Source: a bacterium
GTDB taxonomy: Bacteria; J088; JAWLBW01
NCBI GenBank assembly: GCA_041690355.1
Contig: JAWLHK010000002.1
Location: forward strand, 124,001-188,000
Direction of reading: 5' to 3'
DNA length: 64,000 nucleotides
This document shows, piece after piece, positions 26,567-36,870 of this stretch. A program made the position numbers and the translations under genes. The notes below the pieces were generated by a model. That model was not told where the DNA came from, ran no database searches, and saw nothing but the letters and a program-made list of their open reading frames with translations. Every line of letters begins with the position of its first letter. The stretch's first letter is position 1.

Positions 26567-27424
26567 ATGGATTCAGCCAGCCGGAAAATCGGCGTCGTCA
26601 CCGGCGCCACCTCGGGCATCGGCCGTGCGGCCGCGCTTCGGCTTGCGCGTGACGGCTGGCATCTCGTGGTGCCCGCCCGCGACGCCGCCCGCGCGCGCCG
26701 GCTTGCCGAGGAGATTCGGCGCGAGACCGGACGCGACATCGACGTCGTAGACTGCGACCTGGCTTCCCTGGCGTCGGTGCGTGCGGCGGGCGAGGCGATT
26801 CGGGCGCGCTATCCGCGCATCGGCCTGCTCGTCAACAATGCGGGCGCCGTTTACACGCGCTTCGAGCAGACGGTCGACGGCTACGAACGGACCTTCGCGA
26901 CGAACCACCTCGGTCCCTTTCTGCTGACGCGTCTGCTGCTCGATTCGCTGCGCGCCGCCGAAAGCGCCCGCATCGTCATCGTCTCGTCCGAGGCGCACAA
27001 GAGCGGCGACGTCGATTTCGACGACTTGCAGAACGAGCGCGACTTCAAGGGGTTCGAGGCCTACGGCCGGTCGAAGCTCATGAACCTCTGGTTCGCCTAT
27101 GAACTGGCCCGGCGCCTGGCGGGCACCGGTGTAACGGTGAACGCACTGCATCCGGGGGTCGTGCGCTCGGGGTTCGGCGACAGCGCCCGCGGACTGTTTC
27201 GTCTGGGGGTAATCGTGGCGCGGCCCTTCATGATCTCGGCCGAGCGCGGCAGTGACACGCTGGTCTGGCTGGCGACGGCGCCGGACGCAGCCGGCGCGAC
27301 GGGCAAGTACTTCATCCGGAACCGTGAAGTGCGGTCACGCCGCCGCAGTTATGACGAAGCGGCAGCCGCGCGGTTGTGGACAGAATCCGAGCGGCTCATC
27401 GATCGCGCGCTCACGGGGCAATGA
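26567..27424 (+). CDS. Short-chain dehydrogenase/reductase (retinol dehydrogenase-like)
   Basis: [28 protein letters not shown]. Confidence 0.9.
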   Translation: MDSASRKIGVVTGATSGIGRAAALRLARDGWHLVVPARDAARARRLAEEIRRETGRDIDVVDCDLASLASVRAAGEAIRARYPRIGLLVNNAGAVYTRFEQTVDGYERTFATNHLGPFLLTRLLLDSLRAAESARIVIVSSEAHKSGDVDFDDLQNERDFKGFEAYGRSKLMNLWFAYELARRLAGTGVTVNALHPGVVRSGFGDSARGLFRLGVIVARPFMISAERGSDTLVWLATAPDAAGATGKYFIRNREVRSRRRSYDEAAAARLWTESERLIDRALTGQ

Positions 27425-28673
27425 TCCGGTAGATGGCCCCGCCGGCGAAATCGCCGATATAAAGTCGTCCTGCGGCATCCTGACCGAAGGTGGCCGGCGT
27501 GATCGGCCATTCGCCGAGCGCCCACGGCTCGACGCTTTCCGGCGCAGCCGTGTTTCCGGATGGGAGATCGATGGCCCAGACCCGATGGGAAACGAAATCC
27601 CCGAAAACGTACTTCCCCTGCAGCTCGGGAATGTCGCCGCTCGTGACGACGTATCCGCCGACAATCGAGCGCCCGGTATCGGCGCCCCACGGGTATTCGT
27701 AGATCGGATCGATGAGCCCTGCGGTGGGGCAGTTCTCGGGCGGCTCGAAACAGTGACGCCCTTCGCGCACGTTCCATCCGTAGTTGCCGCCGCGGGTGAC
27801 GATGTCGATCTCTTCCCACGCGTTCTGGCCGACGTCGGCGACGAGCAGGCGGCCGTCCGGAGCAAAGGTGTAGCGCCAGGGGTTGCGGAACCCGTAAGCC
27901 CAGATTTCGGGGCCGAATCCGTCACGGCCGACGAAGGGATTGTCGCCGGGAACCGCGTAAGCCTTACCGTCTTCTCTGCGGTCGACGTCGATGCGCAGCA
28001 TGGCGCCGAGCAGCGTCCCGGTATTCTGGCCGTGATCGAGCGGATCGCCGCCCGACCCGCCGTCGCCGAAGCCCACGTAGAGCATGCCGTCGGGGCCGAA
28101 CTGCAGTTGTCCGGCATTGTGATTCGCGAACGGCTGCTCGACTTCGAGCACCGTCTGCACGGGTTCAGCCTTCCAGGTTCCCGCGTCTCCGGTCATCCGG
28201 TACTCGCTGATGCGCGACACGTCCTGGCCGTCACGGCGCACGACATGATTGATGAAGAAGCGTCCGTTTGTGCGGAATTCCGGATGAAATGCCAGGCCGA
28301 GAAGCCCCTGCTCGCTACGCGTCAGGACGTCGACGGTGAAGAGCGTACCCCGATCGCCACGGTCGGGACGCAGCCACACGGCACGCCCCTCCTTTTCGAG
28401 CACGAGCATGACGTCGTCCTGGCCGGGCAGAAACTGGATGTCGGTGTTCTGGGGCAGCCCGTCGGCGACCTGCTGCAGGCGCACGGAGATCCGGCGTCGC
28501 TCGGCATCGGCTCCCGTGTACTCGGGGGTGAGAATCCGGGGCTCGTTCTGCGGGGGCGTCGTCTCCGGAGCGCTTTTGGTCTGGCACGCGCCTGCCGTTC
28601 CCAGAAGGGCGGCGGTCAGCAGACCGGGCAGAAGGCGATGGCTGAAGGAAGAGGCAGGCATGTTGGCGACCAT
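27411..28673 (-). CDS. PQQ-dependent glucose/sorbosone dehydrogenase family lipoprotein
   Basis: EQGLLGLAFHP, NHNAGQLQFGPDG, GDGGSGGDP, YGFRNPWR, NYGW; lipobox-like AGAC. Start 28673 or 28661. Confidence 0.9.
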   Translation of the reverse strand: MVANMPASSFSHRLLPGLLTAALLGTAGACQTKSAPETTPPQNEPRILTPEYTGADAERRRISVRLQQVADGLPQNTDIQFLPGQDDVMLVLEKEGRAVWLRPDRGDRGTLFTVDVLTRSEQGLLGLAFHPEFRTNGRFFINHVVRRDGQDVSRISEYRMTGDAGTWKAEPVQTVLEVEQPFANHNAGQLQFGPDGMLYVGFGDGGSGGDPLDHGQNTGTLLGAMLRIDVDRREDGKAYAVPGDNPFVGRDGFGPEIWAYGFRNPWRYTFAPDGRLLVADVGQNAWEEIDIVTRGGNYGWNVREGRHCFEPPENCPTAGLIDPIYEYPWGADTGRSIVGGYVVTSGDIPELQGKYVFGDFVSHRVWAIDLPSGNTAAPESVEPWALGEWPITPATFGQDAAGRLYIGDFAGGAIYRIIAP

Positions 28674-28752
28674 CTTATCACGGGGTTCGTCCGCGGCGGA
28701 ACGTCTTGCGGCAGGCCTTTGCAGGCGCCGGCTTCTATGCTAGCGTCGAGGC

Positions 28753-29772
28753 ATGGCGGGGCGAGGCGGGTTTCAGGCATCGGTGTTCGCCACGCAGGTG
28801 CTGATTTTCATCGGCATGCTGCTGGTGGTCGCCGGTCTTTTCTTCCTGCGCCAGCTCGTGCTCATGGTGTTCGTATCGGTTCTTCTGGCCCTGTTCTGGA
28901 GCGCGGCAACCGATGCGGCCTGTCGACGCCTGCCGTCCGCGATTCCCCGCAACGCCATTCTCCTTCCCGTGGTCCTTGGCAGCCTGGGGGTTTTCGTCCT
29001 GCTCGCCGTCCTGCTGGCGCGCCCGATTCGCGAGCAGTTTCAAGAGCTGGCCGGGCAGCTCCCCGAGCTTCTGGGCAACATCTGGCAGCGCATCCAACCG
29101 CTGGCGGATCGGCTCGGCATCGTGGGCGGTGACGCCGGCGGCGGCGGGCTCGATATAAGTGCGCTGGCTACCTCGGGGATTTCCATCGTCCAGGCCGGCT
29201 TCAGGGGGATTCTCGGCTTTGTCACCGTTCTTTTTCTCGGTATCTTCTTTGCGATGCGTCCCAAACTTTACCGGCGGGGCGTCATCCGCCTTTTTCCCCG
29301 CGATCAGCGCGACCGCGTCGATCGGCTGCTCGAGGCCTGGGCCGACACGCTGCGCCAGTGGCTCAAGGCGACCGGAATCACGATCGTCTTCATCAGTATC
29401 ACGACGACCATCCTGCTCTCGATCATCGGGCTTCCCTACAGTCTGCTCTTCGGGGTGGCGGCAGGTATCTTCGAACTGGTTCCTTTTCTCGGGCCGATGA
29501 TTGCCTTCACCGGCCCGGTGCTCATTGCGTTGTCCATCTCCATGCCGAAGACCCTCTGGGTGATTGCGGCCTGGTCGCTCGTGCAGTTTCTCGAGGGTAA
29601 CGTCATCACGCCCGCGGTCATGGCGAACAAGGTGCAGCTGCCGCCCGCGCTCACGCTGATTGCCATCTTCGCCATGGGCGAGCTCTTCGGGCTGATCGGC
29701 GTGCTGCTGGCGGCACCTACCCTCGCGGTCATCCTGTCTCTGGATCGCGTCCTGCGCGACGACTTTCAGTAG
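28753..29772 (+). CDS. AI-2E family (PerM-like) transporter
   Basis: VPFLGP, QFLEGNVITP, GELFGLIGVLLAAP; multiple TM helices. Confidence 0.9.
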   Translation: MAGRGGFQASVFATQVLIFIGMLLVVAGLFFLRQLVLMVFVSVLLALFWSAATDAACRRLPSAIPRNAILLPVVLGSLGVFVLLAVLLARPIREQFQELAGQLPELLGNIWQRIQPLADRLGIVGGDAGGGGLDISALATSGISIVQAGFRGILGFVTVLFLGIFFAMRPKLYRRGVIRLFPRDQRDRVDRLLEAWADTLRQWLKATGITIVFISITTTILLSIIGLPYSLLFGVAAGIFELVPFLGPMIAFTGPVLIALSISMPKTLWVIAAWSLVQFLEGNVITPAVMANKVQLPPALTLIAIFAMGELFGLIGVLLAAPTLAVILSLDRVLRDDFQ

Positions 29773-29779
29773 CTTCTTG

Positions 29780-30289
29780 CTAGTTGCTTCCGTCCGGAAC
29801 GCCCGGGATGTCTCCCACGCCGGGCATCTGCGGCGTAAGATCCGGCTGGGGCGTCGTGAGGTCGGGCTGGGGCGGCGCGAAGTCGGGCGTGGGCGTCGTC
29901 AAGTCGGGCATGACCGGGCCGAGGTCGGGCCGCGCGGGCGCATAGGGATCATAGGCGTAGGGATCCTGGCTTTCCGGGGCCGCGCCACCGGTTCCGAACG
30001 CGCCGTCATCCCCGGAGCGGGTTCCCGAGAGAAACGGGGGCCGAAATAGATAGTCCAGGGTGGAGTCGGGGGGCTCACGGTTCAGATAGTCGGGAACCTG
30101 GGTGCGCGGGGCCTCGATTCCCTGACTCGGCGTGCCGGTTCCGTCCGAACCATCGCCGAAGAGGCGTTCGTACGAATCCGGCGCGGGTTCGATGCCCGTC
30201 TGGGCGTGAAGCGGCCCGGAGGCGAGAACCGTCACGCCCAGTGCGAATCCCGCCGCCATCCTGCGCATCCGTGGCGTAGAATCTTGCAT
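29780..30289 (-). CDS. Secreted Pro/Asp/Thr-rich hypothetical protein with heptapeptide repeats
   Basis: Signal peptide ending in LHA; C-terminal PDLTTPT-PDFAPPQ-PDLTTPQ-PDLTPQM. Start 30289 or 30268. Confidence 0.6.
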   Translation of the reverse strand: MQDSTPRMRRMAAGFALGVTVLASGPLHAQTGIEPAPDSYERLFGDGSDGTGTPSQGIEAPRTQVPDYLNREPPDSTLDYLFRPPFLSGTRSGDDGAFGTGGAAPESQDPYAYDPYAPARPDLGPVMPDLTTPTPDFAPPQPDLTTPQPDLTPQMPGVGDIPGVPDGSN

Positions 30290-30428
30290 GACAACAGGAT
30301 GCGCCACGCCCGCGTTTCGCTGCGAGGGCGGCCCCTCGCCCGGCGGGTTGCCGGCCGCATACCGCCGCGGCCCGGCGCATCCGTCCATACCGCTCGTCAT
30401 CCGGCAGAGCGCCCGGTACCATGAACCG

Positions 30429-31061
30429 GTGACGACATTCTGGATCCAGGGGCTGCTGCTGGGGCTCGGGGCGGCCGTGCCCATCGGCCCCGTGAATCTC
30501 GAGATCATGCGGCGCGGTCTGCGCGGCGGATTTCTGCCTGCGTTTCTCACCGGTCTCGGTGCGGCCACGATCGACACGCTTTACTGCATCGCGGCGATGC
30601 TGGGCTTCGGGGCGCTGACCGCGCTCGGCGGCGTCGGACCCGTGCTCCCTTTCGTGGGGGCGGCGGTAATCTTTGTGCTCGGGGCCATGACGCTGCGCGA
30701 CGCCCTGCGGCCGTTGCCGGTGCAGCCTCCCGCCGTCGGCGGCACGGCCATCGGCGTGCGAAGTTACGCGACAGGTCTGCTCATGACGGCGACGAATCCG
30801 GTCACGCTCGCGTTCTGGCTCTCAGTGGGCGCCGCGGCGAACCGGGTTTCGGTCGCGAGCATGGCCGAGCGCATGGCTTTTGTCGGCGGTGTGGCCGTCG
30901 GGGCGATCGGCTGGGTCATCGGCTTCAGCCTCGCGCTGCATTTCATCCGGCACCGGATATCCGATCGCTCACGGCGGCTGCTGACCGCGGCGGGCGGGTT
31001 CATGCTCGTGGGGTTCGCCGTATGGATGCTCGCCAAGGCCTGGCTGGAGACGGGCGCATGA
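30429..31061 (+). CDS. LysE/RhtB family translocator
   Basis: GLLLGLGAAVPIGPVN, GLGAATID, TATNP; GTG start. Confidence 0.88.
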   Translation: MTTFWIQGLLLGLGAAVPIGPVNLEIMRRGLRGGFLPAFLTGLGAATIDTLYCIAAMLGFGALTALGGVGPVLPFVGAAVIFVLGAMTLRDALRPLPVQPPAVGGTAIGVRSYATGLLMTATNPVTLAFWLSVGAAANRVSVASMAERMAFVGGVAVGAIGWVIGFSLALHFIRHRISDRSRRLLTAAGGFMLVGFAVWMLAKAWLETGA

Positions 31062-31831
31062 AGATCGAACGCGTACAGACGCGGATACCCGGCGGAGCCG
31101 GCGCCGAGCTGGCCGCCACCTTGAGCTGGCCGTCGACGGGGCTGCGGGGCTGGGTGCTCATGGCCCATTGCTTCACCTGCCACCGCAACTACAAGATTCT
31201 CGTCTGGCTGGCGCGCCGCCTGAATGCGGCCGGCTTCGGGACCATGCGCTTCGATTTCACGGGACTGGGCGAAAGCGGAGGTGATTTTTCGCACACGACG
31301 TTCTCGACCAACATCGACGACGTCATCGCGGCGGCAGCGTGGCTCACCCGCGAGCACGGCGGCCCCGACCTTCTCTTCGGGCACTCGCTTGGCGGGAGCG
31401 CCATGCTGGCGGCGCACGTGGCCCTCCCGAGCGCACGCGGCATCGCGACGCTGGGGACGGGCGTGCAGCCGCACCGTCTCCAACGCCTTTTCCAGAAGGT
31501 TGCCGCCAGAATGTCTCTGGAACCGGAGCGCGCCTTCGACGTCGAAATCTCGGGACGCCCCTTACCCTTCCGCCGCCATTTTCTGGCCGACCTGGCCCGG
31601 CACGATCTGGAGCCGACCCTCCGCTCGCTGGCCGTTCCGCTGCTGGCCATCCACAGCCGCCAGGACGCGACGACGCCCTACGAGAGCGCAGAGGAGCTTC
31701 TCGCGCTGGCCGGAAAACAGGCTACGCTCGTCACGCTCGACGATGCCGACCATCTGGTCTCGAAGCCCGAGGACGCCGAACGCGTTGCAGACGCCATTCT
31801 CGCCTGGGCGGCAGATCGCGTCGGCCTCTGA
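31058..31831 (+). CDS. Alpha/beta hydrolase (type usually fused to OsmC)
   Basis: AHCFTC, RFDFTGLGESGGDF, GHSLGG, HSRQD, DADHL; no OsmC domain. Confidence 0.85.
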   Translation: MKIERVQTRIPGGAGAELAATLSWPSTGLRGWVLMAHCFTCHRNYKILVWLARRLNAAGFGTMRFDFTGLGESGGDFSHTTFSTNIDDVIAAAAWLTREHGGPDLLFGHSLGGSAMLAAHVALPSARGIATLGTGVQPHRLQRLFQKVAARMSLEPERAFDVEISGRPLPFRRHFLADLARHDLEPTLRSLAVPLLAIHSRQDATTPYESAEELLALAGKQATLVTLDDADHLVSKPEDAERVADAILAWAADRVGL

Positions 31832-31872
31832 CCGCAACGGTCTGCGCCCGCTATCGCAGAGTGGACATGGGC

Positions 31873-32466
31873 TTAGAAGCCGACGCCGAGCGAAAGGCCG
31901 GCGAAGGGCTGCACCTCGCTCTTCGGCTGCTGCAGCGCACCGGCGTGCGAGAGCCAGGCAATGCCCGCGTTCAGGTCGCCGATCAGATCGAACCCGGCGC
32001 CCATGGGCTGAACGAGCTGAAGTGAGAAGACCCCCTCGGGGCCCGCGGTTTCGCCTTGTCCGGCATCCGTGCCGCCGAAGAAAAACCCGGGGGCATCCTC
32101 GCCGACCTGCAGTTCGGCAAAACCGGCCCCCAGCCGCGGCCGCAGCCAGACGGACTCTACCGCCCATTCGTCGAGCGCCCACAGGATGCGGTAGTGGGCC
32201 AGCTCGGGAATCGGATCGGAGTGCAGCGCGCGACTTCCGTTGCCGCACGCTTCTATCGAAAGGCGGGCAATCGGGGCGATCTCGCCGCAGAAGGTCGGCC
32301 GTCCGTTCGCGCCGGTGCTCGCGGCGCCGATGCGCAGATTGAGATAGTTGCGGCTTTCGCGGGACGAAAAGGCCGCGCGCGGAGTCGTCTGGATGGAAAC
32401 CGCGTCGGCCGAAGCCCGTCCGTCGGCCGCCAGAAGAAACCCGATGACAAGAAGGAGACGAGGCAT
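31873..32466 (-). CDS. Small outer-membrane beta-barrel-like protein
   Basis: Signal peptide (ASA), alternating beta strands, C-terminal GLSLGVGF (BAM-type terminal Phe). Confidence 0.6.
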   Translation of the reverse strand: MPRLLLVIGFLLAADGRASADAVSIQTTPRAAFSSRESRNYLNLRIGAASTGANGRPTFCGEIAPIARLSIEACGNGSRALHSDPIPELAHYRILWALDEWAVESVWLRPRLGAGFAELQVGEDAPGFFFGGTDAGQGETAGPEGVFSLQLVQPMGAGFDLIGDLNAGIAWLSHAGALQQPKSEVQPFAGLSLGVGF

Positions 32467-32567
32467 GCCATATTCTACCGTGCGACTGGGCCGTCGCACA
32501 CCCCCCGCCCGAAGCGGCGGTCGACGTCCGGGGCACGGCTGGGTATACTTTGCGCATCGGAGGTAGT

Positions 32568-34685
32568 ATGGCATCCCAGACCATCCCGGCCCTCGCCTGC
32601 TGCGCGATGCTGGCCGCGGCCTGTTCCGGCGGGGCCCCGGCGGCCCGGCCGACCCTGAAGTCCCTGGCGCCCGCGGTTCCGGCCGCATCGTTTCTGCCGG
32701 CCGACGCGGCGGGCGCGAAGCAGATTCTCTTCGGCGATCTGCATGTCCACTCGACCTACTCGGTAGACGCGTTCATGATGAACCTCCCCGTCTTCAGCGG
32801 CGAAGGGGTGCGGCCGTTGTCCGAAGCGTGCGACTACGCGCGATTCTGTTCGGGCCTCGACTTCTGGGCGACGACCGAGCACGCCGAAGGGCTCACGGGG
32901 CGCGTATGGCATGACGTGAAGGACCAGATGCGCGCCTGCCAGGCGGCCCAGGGAGACGAAACGCGTGCCGACACGATCGTCTTTACCGGTTTCGAGTGGA
33001 CACAGCTCGGGTCGTCTCCCGCCAATCAATACGGGCACAAGAACGTCATCTTCAAGCACCTCGACGACGCCCGCCTTCCCGCGCGTCCGATCGCCATGGG
33101 GGCGTTTCCGATCGGCGGTGCACCCGGGCAGTTCAATCCGGTGGCGGCCCTGTACCTTCTGCCCGCGCTCGATCCCGTCAACGGCGGCGTCTATGCGACC
33201 TTCGGCGACTACCTCACGCAGGTGCAGCGCCTGCAGACCTGTCCGGCCGGCATCGACACGCGTAAGCTGCCGCTCGACTGTCAGGAGGTCGCCGCCAACA
33301 GCGGCACGCTCTTCGAGAAGCTGGCTCAGTGGGATCTCGACACCCTGGTGATTCCGCACGGCAACACCTGGGGTCTGCATGTGCCCCAGTTCAGCGATTG
33401 GAACTCGCAGCTCACCCGGCGCGACCACTCGCCGCGGTACCAGCGGCTCATTGAAGTCTACAGCGGGCACGGCAATTCTGAGAGCTGGCGCCCGTTCGAG
33501 GATGCCTTCAGTGACGGCCGGTCGCTGACCTGCCCGGCTCCGACGCCCGGGTATCTCGCCTGCTGCTGGCGCGCGGGCGAAATCGTCGAATCCCGGTGTG
33601 ACGATCCCGCTTCTGCAGCGTGCCGGGCTGAGGTCGACGCGGCGCGCCAGCGGTATCTCGAGGCGGGTCAGCAGGGCTTTCAGACCCTCAATGTGAGCTC
33701 CGACGAGTGGCTCGACTGCGGCCAATGCCGCGATTGCTTTCTCCCGGCCTTCAATTACCGCCCCAACGCGAGCGTGCAGCGCGCGCTTGCCGTTTCCACA
33801 TCCGAAGGGCAGGCGGCGGACAAGCTCCGTTATACGTTCGGGTTCATCGGGTCGAGCGACAGTCACCGGTCGTCGCCGGGGGCGGGTATCGTGGAGGATC
33901 GGTCGCTCGTGGACGGCACGGCGCCGCGCTCGACGCTGCTGCGGGCGGCCATGAACTCGCCGCTGGTTACTCCGGCGCTCGCCTGGGAGTTCGAACGGCA
34001 GTCGAGTTTCTGGCTCACCGGCGGGCTTGCCGCCGTCCACGCCGCCGAGAAATCGCGCGACGGTATCTGGGATGCGCTGCAGCGGCGCGAAACCTACGCC
34101 ACGAGCGGACCCCGCATTCTGCTCTGGTTCGACCTGCTGCAGGGCGGGTCGCGCCGGCCGATGGGGAGCGTGGTCACCGCCGGCGACAGTCCGCGGTTCG
34201 AGGTGCGTGCCGCCGGCGCCTTCCGGCAGAAGCCGGGTTGCCCGGCCGACGACGGCGCAGAGGAACAGGCTCTGCGCGAACGCATCTGCCGGGGCAACTG
34301 TTACCATCCCACCGATGAGCGGTACCGCATCACGCGCATCGAAGTCGTGCGCATCACGCCGCAGATCGAAAGCGCAGAACCGATGAGCGAGCTCGTGAGC
34401 GATCCGTGGAAGGTGATTCCCTGCGAGGACCGGGGAGACGGCTGCCGCGTCGTGTTCGAGGACCCGGACTACGGCGCGCGCTCGACCCTCTATTACGTGC
34501 GGGCCATTCAGGAGGCGACACCGGCGGTCAATGGCGGGCTGATGCGGTGCGAATACGACGCCGACGGACGGTGCCTCAAGGTCAATCCCTGCTACGGTGA
34601 CGACCGCACCGCCGCCGACGATCAGTGCTTTTCAGCCGTGGAAGAGCGCGCCTGGAGTTCGCCGATTTTCCTGGAGCCCCGATGA
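32568..34685 (+). CDS. DUF3604 family lipoprotein (PHP-like metallohydrolase)
   Basis: SD GGAGG, lipobox LAAAC. FGDLHVHS, TTEH, GFEWT, PHGN, EVYSGHG, GSSDSH, RETYATSGPRI, ERAWSSPI. Confidence 0.85.
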   Translation: MASQTIPALACCAMLAAACSGGAPAARPTLKSLAPAVPAASFLPADAAGAKQILFGDLHVHSTYSVDAFMMNLPVFSGEGVRPLSEACDYARFCSGLDFWATTEHAEGLTGRVWHDVKDQMRACQAAQGDETRADTIVFTGFEWTQLGSSPANQYGHKNVIFKHLDDARLPARPIAMGAFPIGGAPGQFNPVAALYLLPALDPVNGGVYATFGDYLTQVQRLQTCPAGIDTRKLPLDCQEVAANSGTLFEKLAQWDLDTLVIPHGNTWGLHVPQFSDWNSQLTRRDHSPRYQRLIEVYSGHGNSESWRPFEDAFSDGRSLTCPAPTPGYLACCWRAGEIVESRCDDPASAACRAEVDAARQRYLEAGQQGFQTLNVSSDEWLDCGQCRDCFLPAFNYRPNASVQRALAVSTSEGQAADKLRYTFGFIGSSDSHRSSPGAGIVEDRSLVDGTAPRSTLLRAAMNSPLVTPALAWEFERQSSFWLTGGLAAVHAAEKSRDGIWDALQRRETYATSGPRILLWFDLLQGGSRRPMGSVVTAGDSPRFEVRAAGAFRQKPGCPADDGAEEQALRERICRGNCYHPTDERYRITRIEVVRITPQIESAEPMSELVSDPWKVIPCEDRGDGCRVVFEDPDYGARSTLYYVRAIQEATPAVNGGLMRCEYDADGRCLKVNPCYGDDRTAADDQCFSAVEERAWSSPIFLEPR

Positions 34686-35632
34686 GCGGACCAACCGTGC
34701 CGCCCCCGGATTCCCCGATTCCCCCGAAGCCCGTGAGTCCGGCCCCGGAGCCCGCGCAGCCGGCGTCGAAATCGGCATCGATGATGCGCGCCGCCCTCTG
34801 GGGGGGCCTTCTGCTGGGCCTGGCCGTCACGGTGGCCGGCATGCGCCCGGCCGCCCCTTCCACGGTTCCCGACGATGCGCTCGCGATGGTCAACGGCCAG
34901 CCGGTCCGGCGGGAGCTGTTCGAACGCCTCGAAGACGGAGCCCGCAGCGATCGTAACCAGGCAGAACTCGCGCCCGACGATCGCCGGCGGATTGTCGAGC
35001 GTCTCATCGACGAGGAACTGCTCGTGCAGGAGTCGATCCGCCTGGGGCTCGCTTCGCGGGATCGCATGGCGCGGGGATACCTCGTGCAGGCGATGCTCGA
35101 TTTCGTGGGGGCCGAGGCGGCCGGACGCGACCCGTCGGCCGGCGAGCTGGAATCCTGGTATGAGGATCACCGCGCGCAGTTCCGCCGCCCGGGACGCATT
35201 GCGATGGATACGATGACGTTCGACGCGCAGGCCGATGCAGACGAGGCGCTCGCGCGCGCCCGCGAGGCGCGAAGCGCCGTGCTCGCCGGCGAAGCCTGGG
35301 AGACCGTTGCGCGTGCCCGTTCCGATGCGCAGATTGTCCCGATCCCCCGGGTGCCGCTCGCGGCCCGCAATGTTGTGGAATATCTCGGGCCGACGGCGGC
35401 CCGGACTGCGTTCGCGTTGCGCGCCGGCGAGATGAGCGAGCCGCTGCGCACGGCCGCGGGCTGGCTGCTTCTGCGCGTTCGTGAGCGGTGGGAAGACGAG
35501 GTTCCGCCGCTGGCGGAGATCCGCGACGAGGCCGAGGCGGCGTGGCGGCGGGCGCAGGCCGAAGAGGCGGTGCGCGTTTACGTCGACGAACTGCGCGCCG
35601 AGGCGGTTCTCGAATACGGGACGCGGCCGTGA
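34682..35632 (+). CDS. SurA/PpiC-type peptidyl-prolyl isomerase-like chaperone
   Basis: TM anchor, AMVNGQPV, LIDEELLVQE, GEMSEPLRTAAGWLLL. Confidence 0.8.
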   Translation: MSGPTVPPPDSPIPPKPVSPAPEPAQPASKSASMMRAALWGGLLLGLAVTVAGMRPAAPSTVPDDALAMVNGQPVRRELFERLEDGARSDRNQAELAPDDRRRIVERLIDEELLVQESIRLGLASRDRMARGYLVQAMLDFVGAEAAGRDPSAGELESWYEDHRAQFRRPGRIAMDTMTFDAQADADEALARAREARSAVLAGEAWETVARARSDAQIVPIPRVPLAARNVVEYLGPTAARTAFALRAGEMSEPLRTAAGWLLLRVRERWEDEVPPLAEIRDEAEAAWRRAQAEEAVRVYVDELRAEAVLEYGTRP

Positions 35633-36852
35633 TGCGCCGTGGACTCGGGTGGATCGGCGGGTTACTTCTCGCGATGGTCGTCGCGGGATTTCCGGTCGGC
35701 GCAGAGGGGCATCAGCGATCCACATCGTTCTCCTACTGGACCGAAGAAGGAGATGCCGTCTCGGTTCGGCTGGTTTTTCCCTGGGTCGAGGCGGCGGTGG
35801 CCTGGGAGGAGCTGCGCGAGGCGGTTCCCGAGCGCGCGCTCGAAGATCCCGCGCTCCGCGCCCTGCTGCGTGAGCGCTTCGCCGAGCGCGTGCGCGTCGG
35901 CGGCACGGACGGCGACTGCTCTCCCTTCGCGTGGCAGGAACCCGTACTGCGCGACGGCGCGCTTGTCTTTGCGGGCGCCGGGCGGTGTCCCGGCGGCGCG
36001 CGCAGCCTGTTCTTCACCCTCTCCTTCGACGAAGCGCCGTCGCACGTGCACCTCGTACGCTTCGAACGCGAAGGGGAACGGCTGGCCGGTATCGTGACCG
36101 CCGACGCCCGGGAGTGGATCGTCGCGCCGTCCGATCGATCTGCGGCGAGCCCTTCGTTTCTCGCCCTGGGCTTCGAACATATTCTCGCCGGACCCGATCA
36201 CCTGGTTTTTCTGCTCGCGCTGATGCTGCTTTCAACCTCGTTCGCGGCGCTCGCCCTGCTGATTACCGGCTTTACCCTTTCACACAGCCTTTCGCTGGCG
36301 CTTGCCGTCACCGGGCGGGCGGCGCCGGACATCGCGACCATCGAGGCGTTGATCGGTTTTACGGTAGCGTTCGCCGCGCTCGAGGTGCTGCTCACGCATG
36401 CCGGTGACGGCAACGATGCGGCGCGCTTGCGCCGGCAGACGGCTCGCGGCGCGGCCGTGCTTTGCGCTGCGCTGCCGATCCTCAGTCTGGCCGGCGTGCT
36501 GCAGCTGACCCCGGTGCTGGCCGGCGGCGTCATGCTCTTTTCGATCTGTTATCTGCTGCTCGACCTGCGCAGCGAACGGGCACGCTGGCTGGTGGTCTTT
36601 CTCTTTGGATTCCTGCACGGTTTCGGTTTTGCCGGACCGTTGCTCGAGATGCGGCTCGATGCCGCAGATACCGCGCGTGCGCTGCTGGGGTTCAACGTGG
36701 GGGTCGAAGCGGGGCAGCTCGCGTTTCTAGCCGTGGCCTGGCCCGTCGTTCGCCGGCTGGGGCAGAGTTTGCGGCGTCCGGCGGTCGCGGCTGCGCTGGC
36801 GGCGGTGATTCTCGCCGCGGGCGTGCACTGGTTTCTCTCGCGCGCGCTGTAA
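35629..36852 (+). CDS. HupE/UreJ family membrane protein
   Basis: LGFEHILAGPDHLVFL, FTLSHSLSL, FGFLHGFGFA, FNVGVEAGQ; His right after the signal peptide. Confidence 0.88.
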   Translation: MMRRGLGWIGGLLLAMVVAGFPVGAEGHQRSTSFSYWTEEGDAVSVRLVFPWVEAAVAWEELREAVPERALEDPALRALLRERFAERVRVGGTDGDCSPFAWQEPVLRDGALVFAGAGRCPGGARSLFFTLSFDEAPSHVHLVRFEREGERLAGIVTADAREWIVAPSDRSAASPSFLALGFEHILAGPDHLVFLLALMLLSTSFAALALLITGFTLSHSLSLALAVTGRAAPDIATIEALIGFTVAFAALEVLLTHAGDGNDAARLRRQTARGAAVLCAALPILSLAGVLQLTPVLAGGVMLFSICYLLLDLRSERARWLVVFLFGFLHGFGFAGPLLEMRLDAADTARALLGFNVGVEAGQLAFLAVAWPVVRRLGQSLRRPAVAAALAAVILAAGVHWFLSRAL

Positions 36853-36870
36853 GCGGCGCCGCCGGAGCAT

